Notes: generated from the sequence alone by a model not told the origin. A stretch of 64,000 nucleotides of DNA from Candidatus Latescibacterota bacterium (GCA_965222075.1 OZ244937.1:3296001-3360000), one strand, 5' to 3'. Positions 38,134 to 48,728 are shown, counted from the stretch's first letter. Numbers and translations are program-made.

Positions 38134-40110
38134 ATGGCAGAACCCTCAGCAGCCCGCACAGAACCCGGTTCGCATCCCCGTCCCGAAACCGGTGCCGTCA
38201 CTCCACGCGCGGTTGTCCTGGGCCTGATCCTGGTCCTTGGCATCAACTTCTGGATCTCCACCTCCGAGTACGTCATCCACGCCTCCCGGATGCAACTCGC
38301 CCACTTCCCCTTCGCCCTCTTCGCGGCCTTTCTTTTCATCGCCCTCCTCAACGGCGTCCTCAGGCGCCTCGTCCCCCACCGCGCCCTCACCGAAGCCGAA
38401 CTCCTCACCCTCCTTGCGATGGGATTCGCAGGGTCCATCATCCCCACCTCGGGCATCACCGGCTTCCTCATAGGCATTCTCGCCAGCGTCTACTACTTCG
38501 CCACGCCTGAAAACCAGTGGGGGACCTATCTCCACACCAACCTGCCCGCCTGGGCCGTACCATCCAACGAACACCACGCCATGACCTGGTTCTTCGAAGG
38601 CCTCCCCGCCGGCCAGCGGGCGCCCTATGCCGCCTGGATCGGCCCCCTCGTCTGGTGGGTTCTCTTTCTCCTGGCCCTGGGCGCCGTCTGCCTGTGCATC
38701 TCCGTCATCCTCCGGCGGCAGTGGGTACAAAACGAGCGCCTCCTCTACCCCCTCGCCTCCGTCGGCGCCACCCTCGCCCAGGGATCGCCCGACCGCATCC
38801 GTCCCAGCGCTCTGAGGGGCGGCCTCTTCCGGGCCGGGTTCTGCATCAGCTTCGGCATCGTCGCATGGAACATCCTGGTCTACTTCTGGCCTGTGCTCCC
38901 CAAGCTCCCCTGGGGCATCAAATGGACCGTCTTCGTGAAAGGCTTCCCCCGCGTCAACACCGGCATCAACTACTTCACCGCAGGCTTCGCCTACTTTGCC
39001 AACCTCAACATCCTCTTCTCCATCTGGTTCTTCTTCATCCTCTTCTTCTGGATCGAAAACGGCATCCTCAACCGGATCGGCTACGCCATCACCCCCAACC
39101 CGACCAACTTCGACGCGGAAACCGCCGTCGCCGCCTGGCAGGGCTTTGGCGCGCTCACCCTCCTCGTCTGTTGGAACCTCTGGACCGCCCGCGCCCACAT
39201 CCGGACCGTCTTCGCCACGGCCTTTGGAAAGGCCAGCGCCGACGACAGCGATGAACTCCTCTCCTACCGCGCCGCCGTCTTCGGCCTCATCGGGAGCCTG
39301 TTCTTCGTCTGCGCCTTCCTCTCCCGCCTGGGCATGCAGGGCAAATTGGTCGCTATCCTCGTCCCCGCCCTTCTCATCAACTACCTTGCCATCGCCCGCA
39401 TCGTCTCCGAGACCGGCCTGGCCTACGTGCGAACCACCCTGTGCGAACAGTACGCCGCCCTCTTCACCCTCGGCACCCGGGGGCTCTCTCCCGCCAGCAT
39501 GGCCAGCATCAGCCTCACCTACGGCCTCGTCTCACAGGGCAAAGGCATCTTCATGACCCCCTTCGCCCACGTCGCCCGGCTCGCCGACCCCATCCGGCGG
39601 CACCACCGCCTAATCCCCGCCCTCATCCTCGTCATCCTCCTGGGCATCGTCGCCGACTTCCTCTTAACGATCCACCTGGGCTACAAAACCGGCGCCTTCA
39701 ACTTCAACGCCTGGCCCTTCTCCAGCGCCGGCCCCTTCGCCTACAGCCTCACCGTCTCCCAGATGCGATCCCCCTTCGACACGAGTTGGGAGCGCCTCGC
39801 CGTCTTCTGCCTGGGCGCCTCCGTTATGGCCCTCCTCACCTTTTTGCACTACCGATTCCCCTGGTGGCCTCTCCACCCCATCGGCTTCCCCATCGCCTCC
39901 ACCTGGACCGCCCAACTCGCCTTCTTCTCCATCTTCCTCGTCTGGAGCATCAAGGCGGTCCTCCTCAAAATTGGCGGCGTCACCCTCTACCGCAAATGGC
40001 AGCCTTTCTTCTTCGGCATCCTCGTCGGCTACGCCCTTGGGATCACCCTCTCCTTCGTCGTCGACGTCATCTGGTTTCCCGGACAGGGACACAGAGTCCA
40101 CGGTTGGTAA
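38134..40110 (+). CDS. DUF6785/DUF6784-type polytopic membrane protein
   Basis: RRQW..NERL.YPL, WWPLHPIG, PFFFG; many TM helices. Confidence 0.8.
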   Translation: MAEPSAARTEPGSHPRPETGAVTPRAVVLGLILVLGINFWISTSEYVIHASRMQLAHFPFALFAAFLFIALLNGVLRRLVPHRALTEAELLTLLAMGFAGSIIPTSGITGFLIGILASVYYFATPENQWGTYLHTNLPAWAVPSNEHHAMTWFFEGLPAGQRAPYAAWIGPLVWWVLFLLALGAVCLCISVILRRQWVQNERLLYPLASVGATLAQGSPDRIRPSALRGGLFRAGFCISFGIVAWNILVYFWPVLPKLPWGIKWTVFVKGFPRVNTGINYFTAGFAYFANLNILFSIWFFFILFFWIENGILNRIGYAITPNPTNFDAETAVAAWQGFGALTLLVCWNLWTARAHIRTVFATAFGKASADDSDELLSYRAAVFGLIGSLFFVCAFLSRLGMQGKLVAILVPALLINYLAIARIVSETGLAYVRTTLCEQYAALFTLGTRGLSPASMASISLTYGLVSQGKGIFMTPFAHVARLADPIRRHHRLIPALILVILLGIVADFLLTIHLGYKTGAFNFNAWPFSSAGPFAYSLTVSQMRSPFDTSWERLAVFCLGASVMALLTFLHYRFPWWPLHPIGFPIASTWTAQLAFFSIFLVWSIKAVLLKIGGVTLYRKWQPFFFGILVGYALGITLSFVVDVIWFPGQGHRVHGW

Positions 40111-40155
40111 TATCCCCTGCGGGGGAGGGGGTTAAGACAGCTTCTAAGCAGCTTC

Positions 40156-42435
40156 TTATCTTAGAACAAACACCTCCACAACCCACACCTCTCCCTGCTC
40201 CCGCGTCACCGCCACCCCCAGATGCGTCCACCTGGCATTCAGGATTTCCCTTCTCGTTTTCGCGCTCAACATGAGCTGTTCGTGCGCCTCCTCTATCGAG
40301 GGCGCGTGGGACTGATTCTGTGTGACGGATCTGAACCGGATGCCGTGCCTCGCCAGCCTGCGGTCCACCGTGCCGGTCACCGGAGATCGGGTGGAAAAAT
40401 ACCCCCTCGCCAGCATCTCCTGGAGGTGTTTTTGAGCAACCCTGGACAGCCTGACATCCTCCAGGAGCGGCTGCCGCCCCAGCCGCTGTCGCGCCCGGTT
40501 GATCAACCCGGCCAGAAGCCGTACGCCCGCCTCCGGCCCCGGAAACGGCGGGATCTCCAGGGTCGGCGCAGATAGAGGGGGCGGGTCCCCCACCTTCAAC
40601 ATCCGGTCCTCTGCGATCACAATCCTCAGCCCGCTCAACCCGACAAAACCCTGAAACCGATAGTACCCCGGCTCGTCGATCTTCAACCTACTCCTGAAGC
40701 GGCCGTCACGAATCCTGACGGAAACATCAACCACATCTCCGTCGGGAAGCAGGAAGACCTCAAATGACATGTTCCGGACACTGTCCGAAACCGCTCCGGA
40801 CAGGAGCGTCTCCACGCCCGGAGACAGATGGTCCGGCCCCTGCTCTATCGCCACCAGATCCTCCCGGACCGCCCCTCGATACCGGTAGGGATCGGCGAGG
40901 GTCTTGCGCCTGGTTCCGTCCGGAAGCGTCTCGACCCTGTTCCCGGCTGCATCGGACTGCACGCGCCGGCCGGCCGGGTACTCTTCCAGCCGGTTTCCCG
41001 CAGCGTCGGTCTGCACGCGCCGGCCGTCGGGGAATTCCTCCATCACCGTCCCACCCGCAGTGCGCACCACCCGCGAGCCGTCCGGCCGTCGGACCGTCTC
41101 CGAACCGTCCCGGTAGACCGTTCGACGGTCCCCTCCGGGAGAAATCTCAAGCATCTCCCCGGTCGGATTTCGCTGCACAAGCCTCCCGTCCGGAAATTTC
41201 TCGATTGTCCTCCCGTCCACCATCTGCGTAAACTGTCGGCCGTCCGGATACACCGTCACCCGGTGCCCCTCGGCGGTCACCGCAGCAACGCGCCCGTCCG
41301 GATAACGCGTCTCCCGTGCGCCCGCAGACGTCCTCACCTCCACCCTCCCGTCGGGGTGCCGCACGTGTCGGGCGCCGTCTGAAAAGGCGGTCTGCTCCAC
41401 CCCATCAGGAAGTACCGTCCGCACCGTCCCCGACGTGTCCCGGTGTACCCGCTTCCCATCCGTATAGACCGTCATCCTGTTTCCGGAGGCCATCTCCCAG
41501 ACCTCACGCCCGTCCGGATAACGCGTCTGCACGTTGTCCCACGCATCCCGGTACACCATCCGGCCGTCCGGATAGCGCGTCTCCCGTGTGCTGTCCGGGA
41601 ACTCGACCACCACCTTCCCATCCGGATATTTCGTCCGGTGTCTACCGTCCGAAAATGTCGTCCACTCCCGCCCGTCCGGGTAGCGCCGCTTCCGCATGCC
41701 CGGGCCGGGAAACGACCGGCTCTTAGGCGCCGGCCACACCCCCGCCTGCACCCGGAGGTACCCCTCCGGCGGCATCTTCGTATTGATCCCCGATCGGTAG
41801 GCCGACTTTTCGAACAGGCTGCGGTGGACCTCCACCGCGTCCTCCAGCATCTCCCGGTCTAAAACGGCTTCCCCCACATCCGGCAGCACCCTATCATACA
41901 CGTCGGGGTGCATGCGCAGATAGAGATAGTGGAACCGACCCGGCGACTCCTCTCCACCCTCCCGGGTCACCTCACCATCTCCGATCAGCACCGCAGACAT
42001 CACCCCCCGCTTTGTCCATCCCGGTACCACCACCCCCTCAGGCACCCCGTAGACCCTCCCCTTCCACGCCAGGAGGATATCCTTCACGGCCCGCACCGTA
42101 TCCAGAGACACCGCATATGTACGGAAGGGAACCACAATCCGGTCGCCCGGCATCACCCCGGACACCCGGTCCAGCGGCCACCGGGAGACGCGCGCATAAT
42201 CGCTGGTGTGCCGGGCCATACTGTCCCGCTGCGTCCGGTGCAGGCGCGCCCCCTCCACATCGGCCTCCGGCAGGTACCCCCCTGAAGCCCCCAGGTAGTC
42301 CTGCACGCCCCATCCGTGCCAAAACGCATAATCCCCGGGACGTTCCACCGCCCCCGACACCGTCACCACCTCCTCCCCCTGACATCCCACGAGGCCCAAC
42401 CCCGGAAGGATCACGATCAACGCCCAAAACCACAT
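40156..42435 (-). CDS. lipoprotein with SLBB-like domain, ~29 nine-residue (Y/F)PDG beta-repeats and C-terminal CAP/SCP domain
   Basis: Lipobox LVGC; VTVSGAVERPG (SLBB); repeats at about 40900-41700; LINRAR..L..VAQKH..M..GYF..WTHLGVAV..VEVF (CAP). Confidence 0.85.
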   Translation of the reverse strand: MWFWALIVILPGLGLVGCQGEEVVTVSGAVERPGDYAFWHGWGVQDYLGASGGYLPEADVEGARLHRTQRDSMARHTSDYARVSRWPLDRVSGVMPGDRIVVPFRTYAVSLDTVRAVKDILLAWKGRVYGVPEGVVVPGWTKRGVMSAVLIGDGEVTREGGEESPGRFHYLYLRMHPDVYDRVLPDVGEAVLDREMLEDAVEVHRSLFEKSAYRSGINTKMPPEGYLRVQAGVWPAPKSRSFPGPGMRKRRYPDGREWTTFSDGRHRTKYPDGKVVVEFPDSTRETRYPDGRMVYRDAWDNVQTRYPDGREVWEMASGNRMTVYTDGKRVHRDTSGTVRTVLPDGVEQTAFSDGARHVRHPDGRVEVRTSAGARETRYPDGRVAAVTAEGHRVTVYPDGRQFTQMVDGRTIEKFPDGRLVQRNPTGEMLEISPGGDRRTVYRDGSETVRRPDGSRVVRTAGGTVMEEFPDGRRVQTDAAGNRLEEYPAGRRVQSDAAGNRVETLPDGTRRKTLADPYRYRGAVREDLVAIEQGPDHLSPGVETLLSGAVSDSVRNMSFEVFLLPDGDVVDVSVRIRDGRFRSRLKIDEPGYYRFQGFVGLSGLRIVIAEDRMLKVGDPPPLSAPTLEIPPFPGPEAGVRLLAGLINRARQRLGRQPLLEDVRLSRVAQKHLQEMLARGYFSTRSPVTGTVDRRLARHGIRFRSVTQNQSHAPSIEEAHEQLMLSAKTRREILNARWTHLGVAVTREQGEVWVVEVFVLR

Positions 42436-42460
42436 AAGAACCTCCGGTGTGGGGTGAGGG

Positions 42461-45400
42461 CTACACGACAATCCTCACGCGATCCCCTACCCCTGTTGAA
42501 AACACCTCAAACGTCTCCCCGACGACCTGCGAAAAATCAAACGCCTGCTTCACCACAAACAGCGCACGGCCTCTCATCTCCCGAATCGTAAACACCCGGT
42601 CACCTACACAAAGCCTGCATCCGCCGTATGCACCTCCCTTCGGATGATCCACATCGCTCTCGAACCTGGATCGCTTCCCCGAAGCCACCTCTCCTTTCCC
42701 CCTGACAAATCGGGGCATATCCGCCAGGAAAACCCGGCTGCCATCGCCCTCCTGCTTGATTCGCTTCGCTTCACCAGATACACCGTCTCCAGCCCCGACG
42801 GATGTTGCACATAAATCACCTTCCCATCCAGCGATCCATCCTCCGGCAGCCGCACATCCACAACCAGCTCACTCCGGCCCGGCTGGCCGGTAATATCTCC
42901 CACCAGATCCGTCACCGTTCCCTTGTAGTCCCTAACTTGCTCGAAAACCGCCTCATCCACGCGCAGCCGTGAACCGTCCATCACCTCCAGATCTGTCTCA
43001 CCACCCGCCTCGGTCATCACACCCACACGTCCCTCCAGCTCAAAACGCCGTCCATCCGGCAACATCGTCACAAACCCCTCTCCCTCCGGATCGATCCCGA
43101 TTGTCCGCACCCGGTCCCGGTCCGTCACCTGCAGAACAACCCCCGAACCCGCCTGCGCCACCAGCTTTGCTTCCCGAACAAATCCCCCACCCCGGTGCGC
43201 CTCAATCACCGACACAAACCGGCTCCTGCCGCCTCGGCCTCGCAAACAGACCACCGGAAACCAGAAATCATTCAGCCTGCCGTCATCTTCCTGCGTCCGA
43301 CGGATCGACGGTCCATCGCTCACCAGCAATCGCCCCTCTTCAACGCCCAGCAACCGCACATCCACCTGTGTGCCCTCACCCCCAAACCGCACCTTGAAAT
43401 CTCCGGACACATCCGCTGCCTGCGTCCGTTTCAAATACCCGTAAAGCGCCCCGTCGGTCCCATCTCCGCTTAAAATCATCTCCTCTTCCGCCGGGCGCAA
43501 CTCCTTCTCCACGCTGAGCGTCTGGTCAAAATCCGCCGACCCGTGCAGCAGATAATCGTGCACCTCGCCACCCCGGACTTCAAACACATCCACCACATAC
43601 CCGCTATCCGCGCCCGTTGGAACCAGCATCATCGTTCGCCGATAAACCGTCGTATTCTCAAACGCCCCCGGCGCCTCCGCGCAAACCATCCCCACATTCG
43701 TCTTCGACGCCGGGCGATAACACCGCAGCCGTCCCCCGGCTCTTGTCTGCTCCTGCCCGTCCACCACAACCGTATTGTGGCTGCCCACCGTCGTCGCCCA
43801 TTCGCGGTAATGCGTATGTGTATAACCGATATCCGAAAGCAGCTCCTGTCCGAACACATCCAATCCCATCGCCAGCGTATCATAATGGTGGTGCCCACCC
43901 CACGGACCGTAACACAACGTTGCCCGAACCGCCTCCCTGGACCGTCCCACACCCAGAATCACATCGCCCGCCCCCGGCAACAGATAATTCTCCGGAACCA
44001 GCGGCAGCAAATCATCCTCCGTGACACGCCGGTCCGCCTCGGACGACCGCCGGAACAGCGCGTATTCCACGTCCACCACAGGAATCCGGGATTCTCCTTC
44101 CATCTCATCCGCTGCTTCCACAAATCTGCCCATGGATGCAATCCGACTCGACAGGCGGCTGACGCGTGTGCTCACCGCCCAGGTGTCATTCGCCATAAAG
44201 GCGCGTCCATCCGGCATAAACAGCCCCACCGGCGCCGTATAGATCCGTTGCAGAAACGGCATCTCCCCGTACACATCGATCCCACCTGGTCCACTCAGCA
44301 CATCCGGCACCCTCAGAGTCCCTCCTGTGATCATATTGAAATAATTGAGTGTATCCTCGTGCCAGTACCCGTCGTACCCATAACAATTATCGATCAGCGT
44401 CCGATAACGCCTGTACGATTTCGCCACAAAATCCGGCTCGCGCAGAACACGTCCCACAAGCCCCAACCCCATAATCCGTCCGCCGTCGTAATTGGTAGAT
44501 CCGTGCGGAATCTCCAGCGTATGCCGAATCGCCTCATACAACAGGTCCCGTTCAATGGCCTTACGCACATCCCGTCCCACCGCCTCGGACAGCTTCTCAA
44601 TCGCCCGGCTATCCGATATCAAATCGTAAACCTGGGCCATCCAAAACGCGTTGTATGCATCTGAAAACGGGCTGGCGTGAAAATTGCCCATCCTGGCAGA
44701 CACAAAAGGAAAAGGCGGATCCTTATAAAAATGGTTCTCATAGAATCCCCTCCGGTCCGCATTTTGATAGGACACACCCAGTCCGTGCACAGGGTAGTTC
44801 TTGTAAACCTCCGACAACCGATCCAGAATCACCGCTGCCTTTTGTGCGTACGCTTCCTCTCCGGTAAGCACGTAAGCAATGGCCAGGGGATCCGCCATCC
44901 GGACCACACGGTACTGCGTGTAGTTCAACAGCATATTCTCAAAAAAATACCGCATCCCCTCTTCATCCTCCCAATACCGATATCGGACCGCCTTGCCCGC
45001 CGGACCCACCACCTCAATCTCTCCCACCGGCTCATGCTCCGGTCCCGGGAAATCACTCCCGCAGATCCTGCACTTGACGTGCTCCGGATCATCCGGCGAC
45101 CAGCCCCAGAAATTAACCCGCCAGCTCCTCTTCCGCCGGTCCACCGGACAGCGCGGCAGAGGAAAGTTCACCTGCTCGGAAATCCCCGCCCGAATCGCCT
45201 CATCCGGCATCTCCAGAACCTTCCGCCGGACAATCCAGCGCAACTGCCCGTCCCGAAACCGCCTCGCCCAGTCATACGACGCCACCCGCTGCTTCGCCCG
45301 CTCAATCTGCTCCGGGGTATAAAAGATCGGATGCGCCACCCCTCTTGGAAACGGCCTTTCACCTTCCCAGTACCTTTTTTCTCTTGAACAATCGATTCGT

Positions 45401-45513
45401 TCGATCCCCATATCGCCTCTCCATAAAGTCGAATCGCATCCCGCCGCCAGGACCAGAGTGCCCAGTCCGGCCTCGCGCAGAAATTTCCGTCTCGTCAGAT
45501 ATCTCTCAGACAT
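42461..45513 (-). pseudogene. Tat-exported heparinase II/III-family lipoprotein, frameshifted near the C-terminus
   Basis: TRRKFL signal, LAAGC lipobox, DGYWHE..Y, GHHHYD, DIGY, SHNTVVVD. A 5-bp duplication at about 42760-42770 shifts the last ~100 aa into ORF 42461-42718. Confidence 0.75.
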
Positions 45514-45775
45514 CGTGTACACTCGCACCGGACTGCCGCACCGGCGCCGTCCCGTACATCAACCGACCCACCGATTCCATGGCCCTCTCCGCGCGGAAGC
45601 GTATCCCGTATCAATCCCCAGCGGCACACCCTTCAATACAAATATACCACGCCCAGAGACCGGAGTCCAGACACTCTTGAAAGGCAGTTCCTATCGGTGA
45701 GGTTGCGGATGAGGGAGGACGCCCGGGACTGAGCGACAAGGCCCCCCCACCGGCGCCCCTAACTTGCCGACTCCC

Positions 45776-46030
45776 CCGGTTTGGTGCGGGGTGAAGGGGC
45801 TTTTCCGCGCGGTTCCGTTCACCGCCTTCGCCCAGAAACGCCCCAAAGGTCCGCAGGGCAGAAGCTTCCGTTTCCACCCCAGGGGCTATTCGCGGAAAAG
45901 CAGCCCCCGCGGCGTCTGAGCGGCCTGCCTGCAGCGCGGTGCGCCGCGCCTGCCTGTGCGTCGCACGCAGACAGGCAGGCAGGCGCCCTTCTTTTTCGGC
46001 CTTTTTCTTGGGCGAGCAAGAAAAAGGCCA
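45776..46030. repeat. structured dispersed repeat, copy 1 (carries a 60-bp nested insertion)
   Basis: Aligns to 60710-60901; stem GCTTTTCCGCG/CGCGGAAAAGC; terminal GGCCTTTTTCTTG..CAAGAAAAAGGCC hairpin. Confidence 0.85.
45924..45983. mobile_element. nested palindromic mini-elements (33-bp outer, 27-bp inner)
   Basis: Absent at the equivalent site of copy 2; inner element CCTGCCTGTGCGTCGCACGCAGACAGG at 45949-45975. Confidence 0.75.
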
Positions 46031-46139
46031 AGACCAAAAGACAGTTGGACCCGGGTATCTACCGAAAGGTTATTTTCCAAGTAGCAGCTTCTTACGGCCA
46101 GCGCCAGGTTTTCAGAAAGAGGAAAAATAAAATTTCCAC

Positions 46140-46184
46140 TTGACTTGTCCTAATAAATTCGTTATACTCCTAATAAATTAGTAG
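46140..46184 (+). promoter_or_regulatory. sigma70 promoter TTGACT-N17-TATACT with two TCCTAATAAATT operator repeats
   Basis: -35 at 46140-46145 and -10 at 46163-46168; repeats at 46148 and 46168 (20-bp spacing); the second contains the palindrome CTAAT-AA-ATTAG. Confidence 0.75.
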
Positions 46185-46209
46185 AATCAAAAAATACAAG
46201 GAGCGTCCC

Positions 46210-46599
46210 ATGGCGAAGAAGCAACGACTGGCCGAAGCCGAGTGGGAAGTGATGGACGGCGTCTGGCAAATCAACCGGCAGGTGACCGTGCGCGACGTAG
46301 TGGATCACCTGTATCCCAACGGCGAGAAGGCCTATACGACGGTGCAGACGATTATGAATATCCTGTTTGAAAAGGGAGTGCTGGATCGTGAGAAAATCGG
46401 TCCGGTGAATGTGTACAGGCCGACCGTGTCGCGGAAAGACGTGGCACAGGCCGAGACGCGAACCCTGGTGTCGCGCATGTTTGAAGGTTCTTTTGGGGCC
46501 CTGGCAACGTATCTCGTGGATTCGGGAGCGCTTTCGCAGAAAGAACTGGATGAATTGCGCGCGCTGATTGAGGCGAGGGAAAAAGGAGGCGCGCCATGA
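46210..46599 (+). CDS. BlaI/MecI/CopY-family transcriptional repressor
   Basis: LAEAEWEVM..W, AYTTVQT.M.IL..KG, FEGS..L..LV, LSQKELDELR. Confidence 0.95.
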   Translation: MAKKQRLAEAEWEVMDGVWQINRQVTVRDVVDHLYPNGEKAYTTVQTIMNILFEKGVLDREKIGPVNVYRPTVSRKDVAQAETRTLVSRMFEGSFGALATYLVDSGALSQKELDELRALIEAREKGGAP

Positions 46600-48575
46600 A
46601 TGCGTTGATCCGTCTGGCCGAAGCGTGGTGGCCGCTCTATGCGGTGCATATTGTCGAAGTGTCGCTGTTCATTCTGCTGGTGTGGGCCGTGGACCGCTGG
46701 ATGACATTGGACACGCGATTGAGATATGTCCTCTATCTGCTGGCATTGGTGAAGGCGTTTGTGCCGCCCTTTTACGCCATTCCGCTCCCCGGGTTTTTAA
46801 CGTCTTCACCCGACGTTATGCTGAGTGAACCCGTTTATTCTGACGTGGTTTCTGAAGCTGGGGCCGTTGCTCCCGTGCAAGTTGCGACCCTTCCCCTCGC
46901 ATTTTACCTGTTCTGCCTGTGGGTGGCTTCGGCTCTGGTATGGACAGGTGTGACCTTGTGGAAAAACGCGGCCTTTCACCGCGCGCTCAATATGGCAACA
47001 CCCGTTGATCTGACGCGCAAACTGGAATCGCTGAACGAAGCGCGGGATCTGAAGGTTTATGCCAAAGCCGGTCTGCGTTCTCCGCTATTGGTCGGCCTGG
47101 TAAAACCGAGATTGTATTTGCCGACACAGTGGTCATCCTGGTCGCCCGAGCAGCTGCGGGGCGTTGTTGCACACGAATTGGCGCATCGCGACAACCGCGA
47201 TATGTACGCGCTGATTCTTCAGACCATTGCAATGGCTCTGTTTGGCCTGAACCCGCTGATCTGGCTGGTGAATCGGAAGTTGATCTACCTGCGTGAATTG
47301 CGCTGTGACGAAGCGGTGTTGCGCGAGACGAATCTGACACCTGCCGAATACGGACACCTGTTGTTGGGATTTGTCGACAGGCGACCCGCTCTGAGTGCCC
47401 TGACCCTGTATTTCAACGAGCGCGGAACCGCGCTGAAGGAACGTCTCAAGCACATACTCAATTTCAAGGAGGGCAATGTGAAATGGTCCAAACAGCAGTT
47501 GGCAATTCCCATTCTCATCGGCCTGGCGATTGTGCCCTTCTCAATTCGGGAAGCATATACACAGCCGCCCCAAATAGCCCCAAAAAGGGAGCCAATGCCT
47601 GCGTCTGGCGATGCTGACAGTAGTGAGGCCCTCGTCCTCGAACTTTTTGCGAGGGAGAATTTGGAAGGCAAAGTATTCTTGAAGCTTAAGGCCAACGCTG
47701 ACAGTAGTGAGGCCCTCGTCCTCGAACTTATTTTGGATGGCTGGGTGAGCGATGTGGATGAGAATGTTCTGAAAGAGCGGGTGGCGATATTCAAAGAGGC
47801 GGCCATTGAGGCCATATCGCAACTTCGGTTCAAACCTGCCGAACACAATGTTAAAGTTGGGCCCGTGCAGATGACGCAGGTGATTAGGTTTCCATTATCC
47901 AAACAACAGGCCGCGCCGTCTGACTCAGGCGATGCCGGCGGTGGTAAGGTCTTCGAAGTTTTCAAGGTCGAAACGAAGCCCAAACGCCTGAACTCTGTTA
48001 AGCCTGTGTATCCCGATAGCGCTCGAACAGCGGGGCTGACTGGCAAAGTGTTCTTGAGGTTTAAGGTCAACGTGGATGGGTCCGTGAGCGATGTGAAGGT
48101 TTTGAGAGGGCAGACGATATTCAAAGAGGCGGCCATAGACGCAATATCGCAATACCGGTTCAAACCTGCCGAACACAAGGGCAAAGTTGTACCCGTGTGG
48201 ATAGCACAGGTGATTAACTTTCAATTACCCAAACAACAGGCCGCGCCGTCTGACCCAGGCGATGCTGGCGATGGTAAGGTCTTCGAATTTTGGAAGGTCG
48301 ACGTCAAGCCCGTTGTCACGCATAAGGTTCGACCAGTGTATCCCGATAGCGCTCGAACAGCGGGGCTGACTGGCAAAGTGTTCTTGAGGTTTAAGGTCAA
48401 CGTGGATGGGTCGGTGAGCGACGTGAGTGTTTTGGAAGGGGAAGGGCCAGCGATATTTCAAAAGGCGGCCATTGAGGCGGTATCGCAATGGCGGTTCAAA
48501 CCTGCCCAACACAAGGGCAAAATTGTGCCCGTGTGGATGACGCTGCCGATTTACTTTCGATTACCCAGGGAATAG
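46596..48575 (+). CDS. BlaR1-like M56 metallopeptidase fused to three TonB C-terminal domains
   Basis: HELAH, NPLIW, RELRCD, LKERL; repeats of P.YP..AR..G..GKV.L.F.V..DG.V..F.PA..G..VPV. Confidence 0.92.
   Translation: MNALIRLAEAWWPLYAVHIVEVSLFILLVWAVDRWMTLDTRLRYVLYLLALVKAFVPPFYAIPLPGFLTSSPDVMLSEPVYSDVVSEAGAVAPVQVATLPLAFYLFCLWVASALVWTGVTLWKNAAFHRALNMATPVDLTRKLESLNEARDLKVYAKAGLRSPLLVGLVKPRLYLPTQWSSWSPEQLRGVVAHELAHRDNRDMYALILQTIAMALFGLNPLIWLVNRKLIYLRELRCDEAVLRETNLTPAEYGHLLLGFVDRRPALSALTLYFNERGTALKERLKHILNFKEGNVKWSKQQLAIPILIGLAIVPFSIREAYTQPPQIAPKREPMPASGDADSSEALVLELFARENLEGKVFLKLKANADSSEALVLELILDGWVSDVDENVLKERVAIFKEAAIEAISQLRFKPAEHNVKVGPVQMTQVIRFPLSKQQAAPSDSGDAGGGKVFEVFKVETKPKRLNSVKPVYPDSARTAGLTGKVFLRFKVNVDGSVSDVKVLRGQTIFKEAAIDAISQYRFKPAEHKGKVVPVWIAQVINFQLPKQQAAPSDPGDAGDGKVFEFWKVDVKPVVTHKVRPVYPDSARTAGLTGKVFLRFKVNVDGSVSDVSVLEGEGPAIFQKAAIEAVSQWRFKPAQHKGKIVPVWMTLPIYFRLPRE
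47901..48570 (+). repeat. ~330-bp in-frame tandem duplication (TonB_C copies 2 and 3)
   Basis: AAACAACAGGCCGCGCCGTCTGAC starts at both 47901 and 48231; long identical stretches follow. Confidence 0.9.
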
Positions 48576-48728
48576 ATCTCTCCATTGTTGAAGCAAAGCA
48601 CCGAAATGGCTTCAAAGTAATGAACCCCCGAAACCCATCTTTCGGGGGTTCTGTTCGCCATGCTCAATTGTAAAGCCCGGCAGATTGGATTTCTACCGGG
48701 CCTTTACTTTTCATTTGTTACCATGCGG

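Noticed and set aside
47901-48570. TonB repeats as DGR TR/VR
   Set aside because: Both copies lie in frame within one ORF; simple domain duplication explains them.
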